64,000 nt of DNA from contig JAWOEX010000039.1 in NCBI GenBank assembly GCA_046482545.1, positions 128,001 to 192,000 of the forward strand. Reading direction: 5' to 3'. Below, one piece after another: positions 38,083 through 48,795 of this stretch. The stretch comes from Candidatus Thorarchaeota archaeon. GTDB lineage: Archaea > Asgardarchaeota > Thorarchaeia > Thorarchaeales > Thorarchaeaceae. The notes under the pieces are model-generated. The model had not been told where the DNA came from. It did no database searches and saw only the letters and a list, made by a program, of their open reading frames with translations. The position numbers and the translations under genes are program-made. Positions within the stretch are counted from its first letter, which is position 1, and each line of letters starts with the position of its first letter.

Positions 38083-40836
38083 CTATGGCTGCGGCTCACC
38101 ACGCTTCTCTCTAATAGCCGCTTGAGCGGCCGCCAATCTCGCAATAGGCAACCGATATGGCGAACAGGATACGTAATCCAAACCGATTTCATGGAAGAAA
38201 CCAATTGAACGGGCATCCCCCGCATGTTCTCCGCAGACCCCCAGTTTGATATTGGGTCTTGTCTGCCTCGCGCGATGTATTGCAATTTCCATGAGCCCAC
38301 CGATACCCCTCTTGTCGATACTCTGGAACGGATCGTTGATAAGGATGCCGTCCTCCAAGTAACCGGGCAGGAAGGAATCTATGTCATCTCTGCTGAAACC
38401 GAAGCCCATCTGAGTGAGGTCATTGGTTCCAAAGGAGAAGAACTCCGCAACTTTAGCCATATCCCTACCACGCATACAAGCACGTGGAATCTCAATCATG
38501 GTTCCGAGGGCGACATCAATATCAATACCCAGTTCTTCGATTACCTTCTTGTATTGTTTCTTAACTATTCCATTCATAGTACGAAGCTCAGAGTACCCGG
38601 CAATCACGGGTATCATGATTTCAAGAGAGACATCCTTGCCCTCCTTTTTCAATTCAGCCACAGCTTCAATTATGGCACTGACCTGCATCTCAGGTATTTC
38701 GGGATACGTTATTCCCAGTCGTACACCTCGATGTCCCATCATGGGGTTGTTCTCACGCAATTCATTTGCTCTGCGCCTGACATCTGTAACATCAATTCCC
38801 AAAGCGTTTGCAAGCTTTTCTTGACCAATTTTACTCTGAGGGACGAATTCGTGAAGCGGAGGATCCAGCAATCGAATTGTTACAGGTTTGTCCTCCATAA
38901 CGGCAAGTGTAGCCTTGATGCTATCTTTTACATACGGTTTCAGCTCTTCTAACGCTTCAATGCGCTTTTCTTCGGTATCACTCAGGATCATCTTTCTGAG
39001 TAGCAGTAACGGTTCATCAGAGCCTTCACCGTAAAACATGTGTTCAGTTCTGAGCAGACCAATACCCTCCGCACCGAATTCCAGTGCTTGCTGAGCATCT
39101 TCAGGGGTGTCCGCATTTGCACGCACACCCAGAATGCGGTACTGGTCTACTGCATCCATAAACTCCAGAAGGCGAGGATTGCTCGTGGAGTCCCTCATAG
39201 GAAGCTCTCCCTCGTAAACCAAACCCTTTGTACCATTGAGTGTCAAAACATCGCCTTCCTTGTAGACTTTGCCCTCAACAGTCATCTGCTTGTCAATAGC
39301 ATCAATTTCCAGTGCAGCAGCGCCAACGATACAACATTTGCCCCAACCACGAGTCACAAGGGCTGCGTGGCTGGTCATTCCACCTCGTGCAGTCAATGTG
39401 GCAACGGATGCTCTCATGCCTTCAACATCCTCGGGGCTGGTTTCTTCTCTAACTAAAATCACGTCCTTGCCCCTATCAGCCCACTCTACGGCGTCATCAG
39501 ATGTAAAGACAATGTGTCCAGACGCGCCTCCGGGCCCAGCAGGCAAACCCTTGGCTATTGGTTCAATCTCTTCCTCTGCATCAGGGTCAATGACGGGATA
39601 GAGAAGCTGACCTAGCTGCTCTGGCTTCAAGCGTAAAACCATGGTTTCTTCATCAATGAGATTCTCTTCCACCATGTCCATGGCCATGTTAAGAGCCGCC
39701 GTTGCAGTTCTTTTGCCGACCCTGTACTGAACAATGTAGAGTTTGCCCTCTTGAATTGTGAACTCCAAATCTACCATATCATGGCTATGCCGCTCAAGGG
39801 TTCTACGGATTTCACAAAGTTCCTCGTAGATTTCAGGCATTTTGGACTCCAGACTTTCCAGTTCACGGTTCTGTTCGTTCTTGCTTTCCTCATTAAGGGG
39901 ATTAGGTGTCCTAATTCCAGCTACAACATCTTCTCCTTGGGCATTGAAGAGAACCTCTCCATAGAATTCGTTCTCTCCAGTTGCGGGGTTTCTTGTGAAT
40001 GCGACTCCCGTTGCTGAATCCGGACCCATATTGCCGTAGACCATGCTCTGTACGGTAACCGCTGTTCCCCAATGGTCTGGAATCCCTTCGATTCTCCTGT
40101 AAGACACAGAACGGGGGTTGTTCCAGCTCTTAAAAACAGCCGCAATGGCCCCCCACAGCTGTTCCATGGGGTCATCGGGAAATTCTCTACCCAGAACCTC
40201 TTTGATTCTAACCTTGAAATCCTCACATAATTCTTTGAGATCCTCAGCAGTAAAATCAGTATCATCTATGTATCTTTTCTCTATTCGTCTCTTCCTCATC
40301 AGTCGTTCAAGCTGAACACGAATACCCTGACCTTCTTCGGAAACAATACCCTCAGCCATTTCCATCACAACATCAGCGTACATCGTTATCAGGCGTCTGT
40401 AAGTGTCATATACGAAACGCGGGTTACCCGTTTGTTTGATAAGACCAGGAATAGTCTCTGTGGTCAGGCCTACGTTCAACACCGTGTCCATCATGCCCGG
40501 CATAGATTGCCTAGCGCCAGACCGCGCAGAAACCAGCAACGGATTGTCCGGATCGCCAAACTTGGCATCCATGATTTCTTCAACCCAGTGTAGGGCCTCC
40601 AGAGCCTGTTCTTTCATTTCATCTGGAAGACCACCTATCTCGAAGTAATAATTACAAACTTTAGTCGGAATCGTAAAACCTGGGGGGACAGGTAGGTTTA
40701 GTCTGGTCATGCCAGCCATGCTAGCACCCTTGCCTCCAAGCTCGTTTCTCATCTCTTCGTTACCATCTGCTTGCCCCGCACCAAATTTGTACACAAGTTT
40801 CTCGTCAGGGCCGATATGATTCGAATTGTTAGCCAT
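38083..40836 (-). CDS. ppdK: Pyruvate, phosphate dikinase
   Basis: LGGKG, SMPGMMDT, GGMTSHAA (phospho-His), RTEHM, SFGTNDL and CGEH. Confidence 0.97.
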   Translation of the reverse strand: MANNSNHIGPDEKLVYKFGAGQADGNEEMRNELGGKGASMAGMTRLNLPVPPGFTIPTKVCNYYFEIGGLPDEMKEQALEALHWVEEIMDAKFGDPDNPLLVSARSGARQSMPGMMDTVLNVGLTTETIPGLIKQTGNPRFVYDTYRRLITMYADVVMEMAEGIVSEEGQGIRVQLERLMRKRRIEKRYIDDTDFTAEDLKELCEDFKVRIKEVLGREFPDDPMEQLWGAIAAVFKSWNNPRSVSYRRIEGIPDHWGTAVTVQSMVYGNMGPDSATGVAFTRNPATGENEFYGEVLFNAQGEDVVAGIRTPNPLNEESKNEQNRELESLESKMPEIYEELCEIRRTLERHSHDMVDLEFTIQEGKLYIVQYRVGKRTATAALNMAMDMVEENLIDEETMVLRLKPEQLGQLLYPVIDPDAEEEIEPIAKGLPAGPGGASGHIVFTSDDAVEWADRGKDVILVREETSPEDVEGMRASVATLTARGGMTSHAALVTRGWGKCCIVGAAALEIDAIDKQMTVEGKVYKEGDVLTLNGTKGLVYEGELPMRDSTSNPRLLEFMDAVDQYRILGVRANADTPEDAQQALEFGAEGIGLLRTEHMFYGEGSDEPLLLLRKMILSDTEEKRIEALEELKPYVKDSIKATLAVMEDKPVTIRLLDPPLHEFVPQSKIGQEKLANALGIDVTDVRRRANELRENNPMMGHRGVRLGITYPEIPEMQVSAIIEAVAELKKEGKDVSLEIMIPVIAGYSELRTMNGIVKKQYKKVIEELGIDIDVALGTMIEIPRACMRGRDMAKVAEFFSFGTNDLTQMGFGFSRDDIDSFLPGYLEDGILINDPFQSIDKRGIGGLMEIAIHRARQTRPNIKLGVCGEHAGDARSIGFFHEIGLDYVSCSPYRLPIARLAAAQAAIREKRGEPQP

Positions 40837-41233
40837 TGTTCTTCAACCTCTTGCTACTTCTTGGACATACATTCCTACTAGCCGTGCAACTATGGTATAT
40901 GCAGCAGATTATCGCTATGCTGCCGTAAAATCTCAAGCTGCACTATTATAGTTATCAATACGTTTTCTTAGCGTACTCGCGTCTTATCGCCTTTTAATTT
41001 CTCGGAATAGTCATTGTCGCAATGTTCTATAGAATCATATCATTGCTTAACGGAATTAGAAACAAGTGCGGCAAGTTTTGCAAGGGCATTTCGATTATAC
41101 CCTCTACTCGTTTCAGGTCTTGATTGGAAAGGTGACGTGAAAGAGATGCAAATCAAAGCCTTTTTGTGAGGGCGTCCCAGTCAAACAATGACGCGGTCGC
41201 AGATATAAAGAACAACCCTGGGAGACTGGGAAC

Positions 41234-42703
41234 ATGATAGATTTAGAAATCAACCAAGAGCAGCTGAAACGAACGGTAGAACGGTGCAGAGAAAGAGACA
41301 TTATCATTCCTACATTCGAACAGATGAAACATCCCGAGAGAGTCCCTGACCAGGTGGAGGAGCAATTGAAAGAAACAGAGCTTTGGGAAGTGGCCCCTCA
41401 AAACCTTTTTCGAATCACTTGGAAGAATGAACCAGTTGATAAGGGGGGACTATACAAACCGATAGCAAACTACATCGAACTCCCTCCTGAGCTAACTGGG
41501 GTTAAAGCTAGAATCATAGCTTTGATTGGAAAGTGGTTTCCAACAGGCTCACACAAAGTTGGCGCAACATTCGGATGCCTCGTACCACCACTCGTAACTG
41601 GCCAATTTGATCCAACATATCATAAAGCGGTCTGGCCGAGTACTGGAAACTATTGCCGGGGCGGGGCATACGATGCCGCTCTGCTTGCATGCAAGAGTGT
41701 AGCGATATTGCCAGAAGAGATGTCGCAGGAGCGGTTCGACTGGCTCAAAACCGTAGCCGGTGAGATCGTCAAGACGCCGGGTGGAGAAAGCAATGTCTTC
41801 GAAATATACGAAGCTGTCAATGAAATGAAAGCCGAACGCGACGACGTTTTCGTATTCAACCAATTCTCAGAATTCGGGAATTACGCGTTTCATGCATCTG
41901 TTACTTCCTCTGCAATGGAAGAAGTCCTTGAGAAGGAAATGGGAAATGACCGATACCATGGGCTCTGCTTGACTACAGGGTCAGCAGGTACTATCGCTTG
42001 CGGCGATTCTCTGAAAGAAGTTTATCCAACATCGAAAATCGTAGCCGGCGAAGCGCTTCAATGTCCTACATTACTGTTGAATGGCTACGGATATCACCGT
42101 ATCGAAGGAATCGGGGACAAACATGTACCTTGGATCCACAACGTTCGCAACACAGATATGGTCATAGGTATCGATGATAGAGACACCATGCGTTTGATTA
42201 GACTCTTCAACGAACCCGCAGGGCAGAAGTATCTGAAGAATGAAATTGGCGTGCCTGATGAATTCGTAGATAAATTGAATCTCTTAGGCATATCGAGTAT
42301 AGCAAACGTCCTCATGGCAATCAAATACGCGAAGTACTACGAGCTCACCAGTGACGACATTGTCATGACCGTCTTCACAGACTCTATGGATTTATACCAA
42401 TCCCGATTGAGGGAAGCGCGTCAGAAACATGGAAAATACACGAAAGAGGACGCCATACGGGACTATCATCAATGTATCCTTGGACAGAAAATAGATGCGA
42501 TGCAAGAGCTTACGTTCTATGAAAGAAAAAGAATCCATCACCTGAAGTACTTCACCTGGATCGAGCAGCAGGGCTTTCCGTTGGATAAACTGAATGCACA
42601 GTGGTATGACTACGATGAATACTGGCCTGCTATCCGGAAGATGGTTGACCCAATCGATGATTTGATTCGCAAATTCAATGAGAAAGTTGGACTACTAGAA
42701 TAG
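41234..42703 (+). CDS. PLP-dependent fold-type II enzyme (cysteine synthase-like)
   Basis: PTGSHK, STGNY, NQF, GSAGT, HRIEGIG and GISS. Confidence 0.85.
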   Translation: MIDLEINQEQLKRTVERCRERDIIIPTFEQMKHPERVPDQVEEQLKETELWEVAPQNLFRITWKNEPVDKGGLYKPIANYIELPPELTGVKARIIALIGKWFPTGSHKVGATFGCLVPPLVTGQFDPTYHKAVWPSTGNYCRGGAYDAALLACKSVAILPEEMSQERFDWLKTVAGEIVKTPGGESNVFEIYEAVNEMKAERDDVFVFNQFSEFGNYAFHASVTSSAMEEVLEKEMGNDRYHGLCLTTGSAGTIACGDSLKEVYPTSKIVAGEALQCPTLLLNGYGYHRIEGIGDKHVPWIHNVRNTDMVIGIDDRDTMRLIRLFNEPAGQKYLKNEIGVPDEFVDKLNLLGISSIANVLMAIKYAKYYELTSDDIVMTVFTDSMDLYQSRLREARQKHGKYTKEDAIRDYHQCILGQKIDAMQELTFYERKRIHHLKYFTWIEQQGFPLDKLNAQWYDYDEYWPAIRKMVDPIDDLIRKFNEKVGLLE

Positions 42704-43062
42704 TCCATCTCGCGTGGGTTAGGGCACCAAAGATAATGTGAAGTCAATTCTCTCTCTTCACAGGCCCTACAGCTCAAGCAATTGGATGGTTCGATGCAGG
42801 GAACTGTAAGGAGAGAAAGCTTAATCCTAGGAATAGTAGCTGTAGCCTATACCATACTGTAGCTGGCTGTATTGCCTTTCGTCTTCTATAGCCCACCTCA
42901 AACTGTAGATGCTGACGCCCTAACGGTCCACCGAATCTGTAAGCTCCGAATCATTTCAGTTAACAGCATGAGTACAATATTTCTTCACACTTTAAAACAG
43001 ACCTTACCATGATGTAATGATAATAATTATAAGTTGTTCAAAAACAAAACCGAATCAGATGA

Positions 43063-44433
43063 ATGAAATTTATGGTATTATCGAAGTATAAGATTATAGT
43101 CGGTTGTATTCTACTGACAGTTCTTCTTGCAGTACCGTTGGCAAACAATCCACATGCTCCCGGTGAGAATCCTTCCCGGGCTGCATCTGCTGATGTTACC
43201 ACTCTCTGGTCCTTTGAAACCGGCGATGATGTCGATTCTTCACCGGCTCTCGGTGATTTAGATGGTGATGGTGATCTGGATGTGGTTGTGGGAAGTAATG
43301 ACCGCAACATCTACGCGCTGGATGGCACTTCCGGTACCGAGCTCTGGTCCTATAGGACTGGTGCCCCTGTGTTTTCCTCACCTGCACTTGGTGATTTAGA
43401 TGGTGATGGCGACCTCGATGTGGCTGTAGGAGCCCTCGAGGCCAAGATTTACGCACTCGATGGCAGCTCCGGCAACGAGCTCTGGTCCTTTACGACTGGC
43501 GACGAAGTCGTCTCCTCACCGGCTCTCGGTGACCTAGATGGTGATGGCGGCCTCGATGTAGCTGTAGGAAGCTACGATGGCAAGATTTATGCACTCGATG
43601 GCACTTCCGGTACCGAGCTTTGGTCCTTTACGACTGGTGACACTGTCTTCTCCTCACCGGCTCTCGGTGACCTAGATGGTGATGGCGGCCTCGATGTGGT
43701 AGTGGGAAGTTTCGACAATAACACCTACGCACTCGATGGCACTTCCGGTACCGAGCTTTGGTCCTTTGAGACTGGCGACGAAATCTTCTCCTCGCCGGCT
43801 CTCGGTGATTTAGATGGTGACGGTAGTCTCGATGTAGCCATAGGAAGCTACGATGGCAAGATTTATGCACTCGATGGCAGCTCCGGCAGCGAGCTTTGGT
43901 CCTTCCAAACGGGCCTTGCTGTCACATCCTCACCAGCAATTGGTGATTTAGATGGTGATGGTAATTTGGATGTGGTTGTGGGAGATGTATATGGTACGGT
44001 CGATGCTCTAGACGGTAGCTCCGGCACACAGCTCTGGTCCTTTCAGACGGGGGATAATATCATCTGTTCTACGCTGGCAATCGCTGATATGGACGGTGAT
44101 GATGGCATGGATGTGGTGGTAGGAAGCAGAGATCACAATGTCTACGCGCTGGATGGTTCTTCCGGTACCGAGCTCTGGTCCTTTACGACTGGCGGAGACT
44201 TGGTTTCCTCACCAGCAATCGCTGATTTGGATGGCGATGGTACCTTAGATGTCGTCGTTGGTAGTGGGGATGATAAGGTCTATGCGTTAACCATGACTCC
44301 TTCAACGACCACTACTGAGTCGACTACAGAAACCACGGAGGCAGAGGGAATTGATCCGGTGCTACTCGTTGCGGGAGTTGGTGCTGCGGTTGGAGTAATA
44401 ATAGTCATTGCCATTGTCTATTTCAAGAAGTAA
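43063..44433 (+). CDS. Secreted, membrane-anchored FG-GAP/PQQ-like 8-bladed beta-propeller protein
   Basis: Signal peptide, 8 repeats of ~46 aa (LWSF.TG....SSPALGDLDGDG.LDV.VGS.D..IYALDG.SG), Thr-rich linker and C-terminal TM + KK. Confidence 0.9.
   Translation: MKFMVLSKYKIIVGCILLTVLLAVPLANNPHAPGENPSRAASADVTTLWSFETGDDVDSSPALGDLDGDGDLDVVVGSNDRNIYALDGTSGTELWSYRTGAPVFSSPALGDLDGDGDLDVAVGALEAKIYALDGSSGNELWSFTTGDEVVSSPALGDLDGDGGLDVAVGSYDGKIYALDGTSGTELWSFTTGDTVFSSPALGDLDGDGGLDVVVGSFDNNTYALDGTSGTELWSFETGDEIFSSPALGDLDGDGSLDVAIGSYDGKIYALDGSSGSELWSFQTGLAVTSSPAIGDLDGDGNLDVVVGDVYGTVDALDGSSGTQLWSFQTGDNIICSTLAIADMDGDDGMDVVVGSRDHNVYALDGSSGTELWSFTTGGDLVSSPAIADLDGDGTLDVVVGSGDDKVYALTMTPSTTTTESTTETTEAEGIDPVLLVAGVGAAVGVIIVIAIVYFKK
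43204..44290 (+). repeat. Eight intragenic ~138-bp tandem repeats
   Basis: GATTTAGATGGTGATGG and CTCGATGGCACTTCCGGTACCGAGCT-like units recur at about 138-nt spacing. Confidence 0.9.
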
Positions 44434-44523
44434 GCCGTGCGGAGAAGCAGACCGAATGCATGACTCGGGCGTACCTAGGGCGAATGTGCAAATCGCATTT
44501 CGCTATGAGGAATAAGTAAATCG

Positions 44524-44571
44524 GAAGGGATGTAGCTAGAGTCCCTTCTCCTTTCTCTTTCTTTTTTTCTT
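44524..44571 (+). terminator. Hairpin plus T-rich tract
   Basis: GAAGGGA (44524-30) pairs with TCCCTTC (44542-48), followed by CTTTCTCTTTCTTTTTTTCTT. Confidence 0.55.
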
Positions 44572-44727
44572 GAACGCAAATTGGACACTGACTACAGTCG
44601 CTAGAACCTGTTGAATCTGATTGCTGTATCTAAATGAGGTATTTCAGGTGATGCCGTTAGCTTATTGAAATACTCCAATAAATCAGCCCGATCCATAGCA
44701 AAAGGTAAGGGTGGACAAGTGATAATA

Positions 44728-46518
44728 TCAAGACTGTTGAACCCATATAGGACCAGTTGCCGTAAATCGGCCATTGTTTGTAACTATTCTCACGAAGTAA
44801 TAGTCAACCCCAGCTGTGTATAATGAATCAGGATCTACAGGTTCTAACGACTCCCCGTTGATGTACCACTCGCCATCTCTTATGGTGCAGTTTTCGTATG
44901 CCGTTCCCGCGATTGCCGTCGTATCATTGAAACCAATGGAGGCAATAGGTGTGGAAATCTCCTGCTCTCTCCAAAGCATACCATTCTTGAATACCTCTAC
45001 TTTCGCACTCCAATCCGGTTCTTCAAGCCAAGGTGTGGCAGCCCGTTTGTAGCCGGCTGACGGGTTCCCATCTTGAGCTATGAATATTGTCACTTTCCTC
45101 TTTGCAGTCTCATTATCCACAATCAAAACCGAATCATTCTCTCCAGGATAAAGTCCGTTAATTGAGAAGCTGAGATAAGGCCGGCCATAGTCAGAATTGG
45201 CAATAGTAGCTCTGTCGTAGATGGCATCGAAAATAGATTGTCGGGTGATATTCCCAGCAAAAACACCTGTCAGGCCGCTTGGATAGGGTTGTGGAACCCT
45301 TGATGAATCATACGCTGGAGGATACTGATGTCCGATAAATGCGCGCGTGTGAGAGAGAGAATGACCAAGGAATCCATCATGAGAATCTCCATTCGCTATG
45401 AATCCCAAGCGCAGGCCCATCGTGAGAGCTTCATTGATGCTGCTTCCGGGAATCTTTTCTTCCGGTTGTCCCACAGTCCCGGTTGCATTCCACGGAGAAT
45501 ATGGATTCACCAAGCTGCTACCGTGGACCGAATATGCCTCGGCTATCCGCATGTACTCTGGATGGTTCAAGCACGCGGCCCAATCTTGAATAAAGGGTTG
45601 GCGCACGCAGTGATGTGGCTGTGCAATAGCTCGTTCGCCAGTTTCACTCGTAAACTGATCCAGATAGTTCCATAACTCGTCAGATGTTTTCTGAATGTCA
45701 GCACTGATACGCCCTACTTCATCGCCCGAAAAGATGAATGTAAGATGGCCATAGCCCCACGAGGGAGTGTGGGGACCTCCACTGGAGGTCCATTCCACGC
45801 CCTGAAAAGCGACAAATTCTCCGGGGTCATTTGCAGCATTGGTTGCCGCTTGAATCCAGGACCAACCATTATCGAGATGTAGGTTTTCCCCGTGATCTGT
45901 AACAGCAGCGAATTCTAATCCAGCTACGACTCTAGCAAAATAGTGATTTTCGTACGGCATTCCGCTTCCGTCTGACAAGAGCGAGTGGGAGTGGATATCA
46001 CCCCAGACAAGTGACTTGGTGGCCTCTTCCACAACAATGGGATTACTCCAGTATGTCTTCTCTGTTGCTGTGTCATGGACTAGGATATAATGCACGCCCG
46101 CAGTCATTATCCGGAAATCGAATCTACGCATGCCATTATCCATGCCGGGTAGCATATAGGCAGGTATGACACCCTGTCCCAAAAGATGACCAGTGAAGCG
46201 GTGAGAATGTGGCAAGTGGCTGGTAACGTCTTCCTGAGGCAGAAGCTTGAGGGTATCCATGCTGTATGATTTGAGAGAGAATTCCACCCTGCCGTTGTAT
46301 GAACAGCTGAGCCGTTCAAAACTATCCCACGCCTCGACAACTAGTTCTCCTTCTTCTCCAGGTTCAAGGGTTGAGGGAGCATGGACCCAAAGCATAGTGG
46401 TGTCATTGTTTGTAATAACTCCAATATCTATGTTGATGACTCCCCATACAAGCAAAGGAGCAATCGTGATAGATATCTTCAGAACTGTTGAGGCCTTGAT
46501 GTTCTTAGTTCTAATCAT
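44728..46518 (-). CDS. DUF3604 / PHP-like extracellular metallohydrolase (probably the C-terminal part of a split gene)
   Basis: WGDIHSHS..SDG, TDH, EWT, GH, PHH, E..S.HG and DSHDG, with an N-terminal hydrophobic helix. Confidence 0.8.
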   Translation of the reverse strand: MIRTKNIKASTVLKISITIAPLLVWGVINIDIGVITNNDTTMLWVHAPSTLEPGEEGELVVEAWDSFERLSCSYNGRVEFSLKSYSMDTLKLLPQEDVTSHLPHSHRFTGHLLGQGVIPAYMLPGMDNGMRRFDFRIMTAGVHYILVHDTATEKTYWSNPIVVEEATKSLVWGDIHSHSLLSDGSGMPYENHYFARVVAGLEFAAVTDHGENLHLDNGWSWIQAATNAANDPGEFVAFQGVEWTSSGGPHTPSWGYGHLTFIFSGDEVGRISADIQKTSDELWNYLDQFTSETGERAIAQPHHCVRQPFIQDWAACLNHPEYMRIAEAYSVHGSSLVNPYSPWNATGTVGQPEEKIPGSSINEALTMGLRLGFIANGDSHDGFLGHSLSHTRAFIGHQYPPAYDSSRVPQPYPSGLTGVFAGNITRQSIFDAIYDRATIANSDYGRPYLSFSINGLYPGENDSVLIVDNETAKRKVTIFIAQDGNPSAGYKRAATPWLEEPDWSAKVEVFKNGMLWREQEISTPIASIGFNDTTAIAGTAYENCTIRDGEWYINGESLEPVDPDSLYTAGVDYYFVRIVTNNGRFTATGPIWVQQS

Positions 46519-46524
46519 GGCAGC

Positions 46525-47068
46525 CTACCTCCAGAAGGATAGATACACGAAAATCTGTACAAGCAAAGTCCAAGCGATTGAAACGACGCCCATAATCTCC
46601 CACGCTTTATTCCGTCCGAACCACAAAAGAAGGATTCCACACAGGAATGCCAACATGTTCCAGAAATACAGCGAGCTGCCAATAATCCCCATCAGAAAGA
46701 CAGACAAACGAAGCAGATGACCGGCGACAGATATTGGTCCTGTTCCGATTTTGTCATTGCTGTTGTTAGCGATAGTAAGAAGAATCCAAGAACTAGACAA
46801 CGCAAACAGACCAGAAATGGCCACTATAGCGCACTGAAGAGCTCTTACTGGTACGGCCGCTAGAGGAAGAATCCAAATGTAAACCTGTATTCCTCCGTAG
46901 ACGAAAAATGAAACGGGCACGAGAACAGCTGCGGAAATCGAAACGAATGCAAGAGCGCGACCAAGACCCTGCCAAGAAAACTCTAGGTTCAAATCCAACG
47001 CCCAACATACACTATCCACATGGGGAGATATTAGAATATCGAAGACAAGACAACACTAACAAATTGCA
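46525..47068 (-). pseudogene. Decaying multi-TM N-terminal region, in frame with the DUF3604 ORF
   Basis: AGG TAG GCT GCC ATG (46530-46516) joins the two ORFs in frame. Further upstream is MQFVSVVLSSIF*(TAA) plus an apparent frameshift near 47000. Confidence 0.6.
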
Positions 47069-47078
47069 TCTTCCAACT

Positions 47079-48518
47079 TCACTTTGTCTCTCTTTGTCGC
47101 CTAGTTTCGTAGTAGTCGCATACCCGGGCCAAAGAGCCAATGCATTCCGACATATTGTGGAATATCGGCAAATCCCGCGCCTTGATGGCTTCCCACGCGA
47201 TATTACGAGCTTCTGGATAGGCTATGTCTGGAATTGCCGCAAGAACAGGTTTGTTGTGTCTGTCAACAATACTTCTGGCTCCTTCTGCAAGAGAGTCCCA
47301 GTAATAGCCGATAGCGTCCTCGGCGCCCATGATTGAAGCAATCTGGTGAATATTATGAGCATCAGCCTCTATGATAATAGAATCAAAATTCTCTTCGTCA
47401 CCTACAATCCTGATAACCTCTGAGACAGTCTGATCCATATAGTAGTCTGCTGCTAGGTCTATGGGATTCTTGAGGGATGTTCCAACATCCTGAATGAGAG
47501 GATTTAGGCGTTCACGAATCTCTGGACTCGTTTCTGGCACTTTGAGTCCAGCTTCAATGCACAAATCAGTATAGATAACGCTCGTTCCGCCGCTAATTGC
47601 CACAATGCCAACATTTCTGGATTCTGGCTCAGGACACATAGAAAAAACACTCAAGGTTCCAACAAGGTCCTCTATAGTATTAACAGACACTACATTGGCC
47701 TGACGAAGCGCTGCTTTCCAAATCTCCAAGTTGCCTGCAAGGGCACCTGTATGCGAAGCAGCAACTCTCGAACCTTCTGTTGAGCGGCCTCCTTTCAAAG
47801 CTACAATAGGCTTCTCTAAAGCAGTTTCTCGAAGATGACCTACAAGTTCTCGTCCGTCATTAGCTCCTTCTATGTAGATACCCAAAACATTCGTTTCATC
47901 ATCATCTGCAAAGTAATTCACAATTTCGGGGGGCTTGATATCAACGGCATTTCCAAAACTGAACAGCTTGCTAAAGCCCAACCCCGAAGCGGTTCCTGCT
48001 GTGTATGCAGCTATCGCTACACCTCCTGATTGTGAAACAAATCCTACATCACCTTCGACGCGTGGTACCGTTGGAACGAAAGCAAATCCCAACTGGGGAT
48101 ACATCAATCCCATACAGTTGGGGCCAAGGATTCTCAGGCCGATATTGTTAACGACCTCTCGCAATTCTTCTTCGTTTTGTCTTCCTTCCGCCGTACCCAG
48201 TTCCGAATAACCACTTGAAAACACAGTCGCTGCTTTTGCCCCTTTCGCAGCTGCTTCTTTCAGTACACTGATCACCGCTCTCTGAGGTACCGCCACAATG
48301 ACATAATCAACATTACTGGGGACCTCAGTCAGGCTCGGATAAATAGGTCGACCCATTACCTCTCCGCCCGATCGGGACACAAAGAATATCTCAAGGTCAT
48401 GTTCCCATTGTGTCATTGTATGCACCCAGTAATAGCCCATCCGAGGAGAAACTCCCACAATAGCAACAGAATCAATCTCTAGAACTTCCGAAATGCTTGG
48501 TCTATTCTGGGCATTCAT
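47079..48518 (-). CDS. NDP-forming acyl-CoA synthetase alpha-subunit-like (CoA-binding) protein
   Basis: VAIVGVS, GPNCMG, SQSGG, SFGN..D, Y.EG, phospho-His SHTGALAG and NPIDL. Confidence 0.88.
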   Translation of the reverse strand: MNAQNRPSISEVLEIDSVAIVGVSPRMGYYWVHTMTQWEHDLEIFFVSRSGGEVMGRPIYPSLTEVPSNVDYVIVAVPQRAVISVLKEAAAKGAKAATVFSSGYSELGTAEGRQNEEELREVVNNIGLRILGPNCMGLMYPQLGFAFVPTVPRVEGDVGFVSQSGGVAIAAYTAGTASGLGFSKLFSFGNAVDIKPPEIVNYFADDDETNVLGIYIEGANDGRELVGHLRETALEKPIVALKGGRSTEGSRVAASHTGALAGNLEIWKAALRQANVVSVNTIEDLVGTLSVFSMCPEPESRNVGIVAISGGTSVIYTDLCIEAGLKVPETSPEIRERLNPLIQDVGTSLKNPIDLAADYYMDQTVSEVIRIVGDEENFDSIIIEADAHNIHQIASIMGAEDAIGYYWDSLAEGARSIVDRHNKPVLAAIPDIAYPEARNIAWEAIKARDLPIFHNMSECIGSLARVCDYYETRRQRETK

Positions 48519-48795
48519 TAGGTACAATCTCCCGACTTTCAGGGAGTCAATGACGTTCACGATTTAAGACTAGTGGCTATGGCGTAAATTCTGTAAACCA
48601 ATTACAGACAGGTTCTTATTTCATCAGGGGATGCATAATCAAACCAATAGGTTTTTCCTAATAACGGCGTTGACCTAACGAAAGACCTTAATGGTAAGGC
48701 AATTCAATCGAATTAGTCTTGGTTAGCTAGGCCGCCATTTTTAGGATGGGAGCCCCGTTGGACCAGTACAGATGATATGATAAGGAGAAAAAATA

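Noticed and set aside
42794-43012. Signal-peptide-like remnant with an internal TAG
   Set aside because: Too short, with no recognisable homology.
43204-44290. CRISPR array
   Set aside because: The repeats are in-frame 138-bp coding units without unique spacers.
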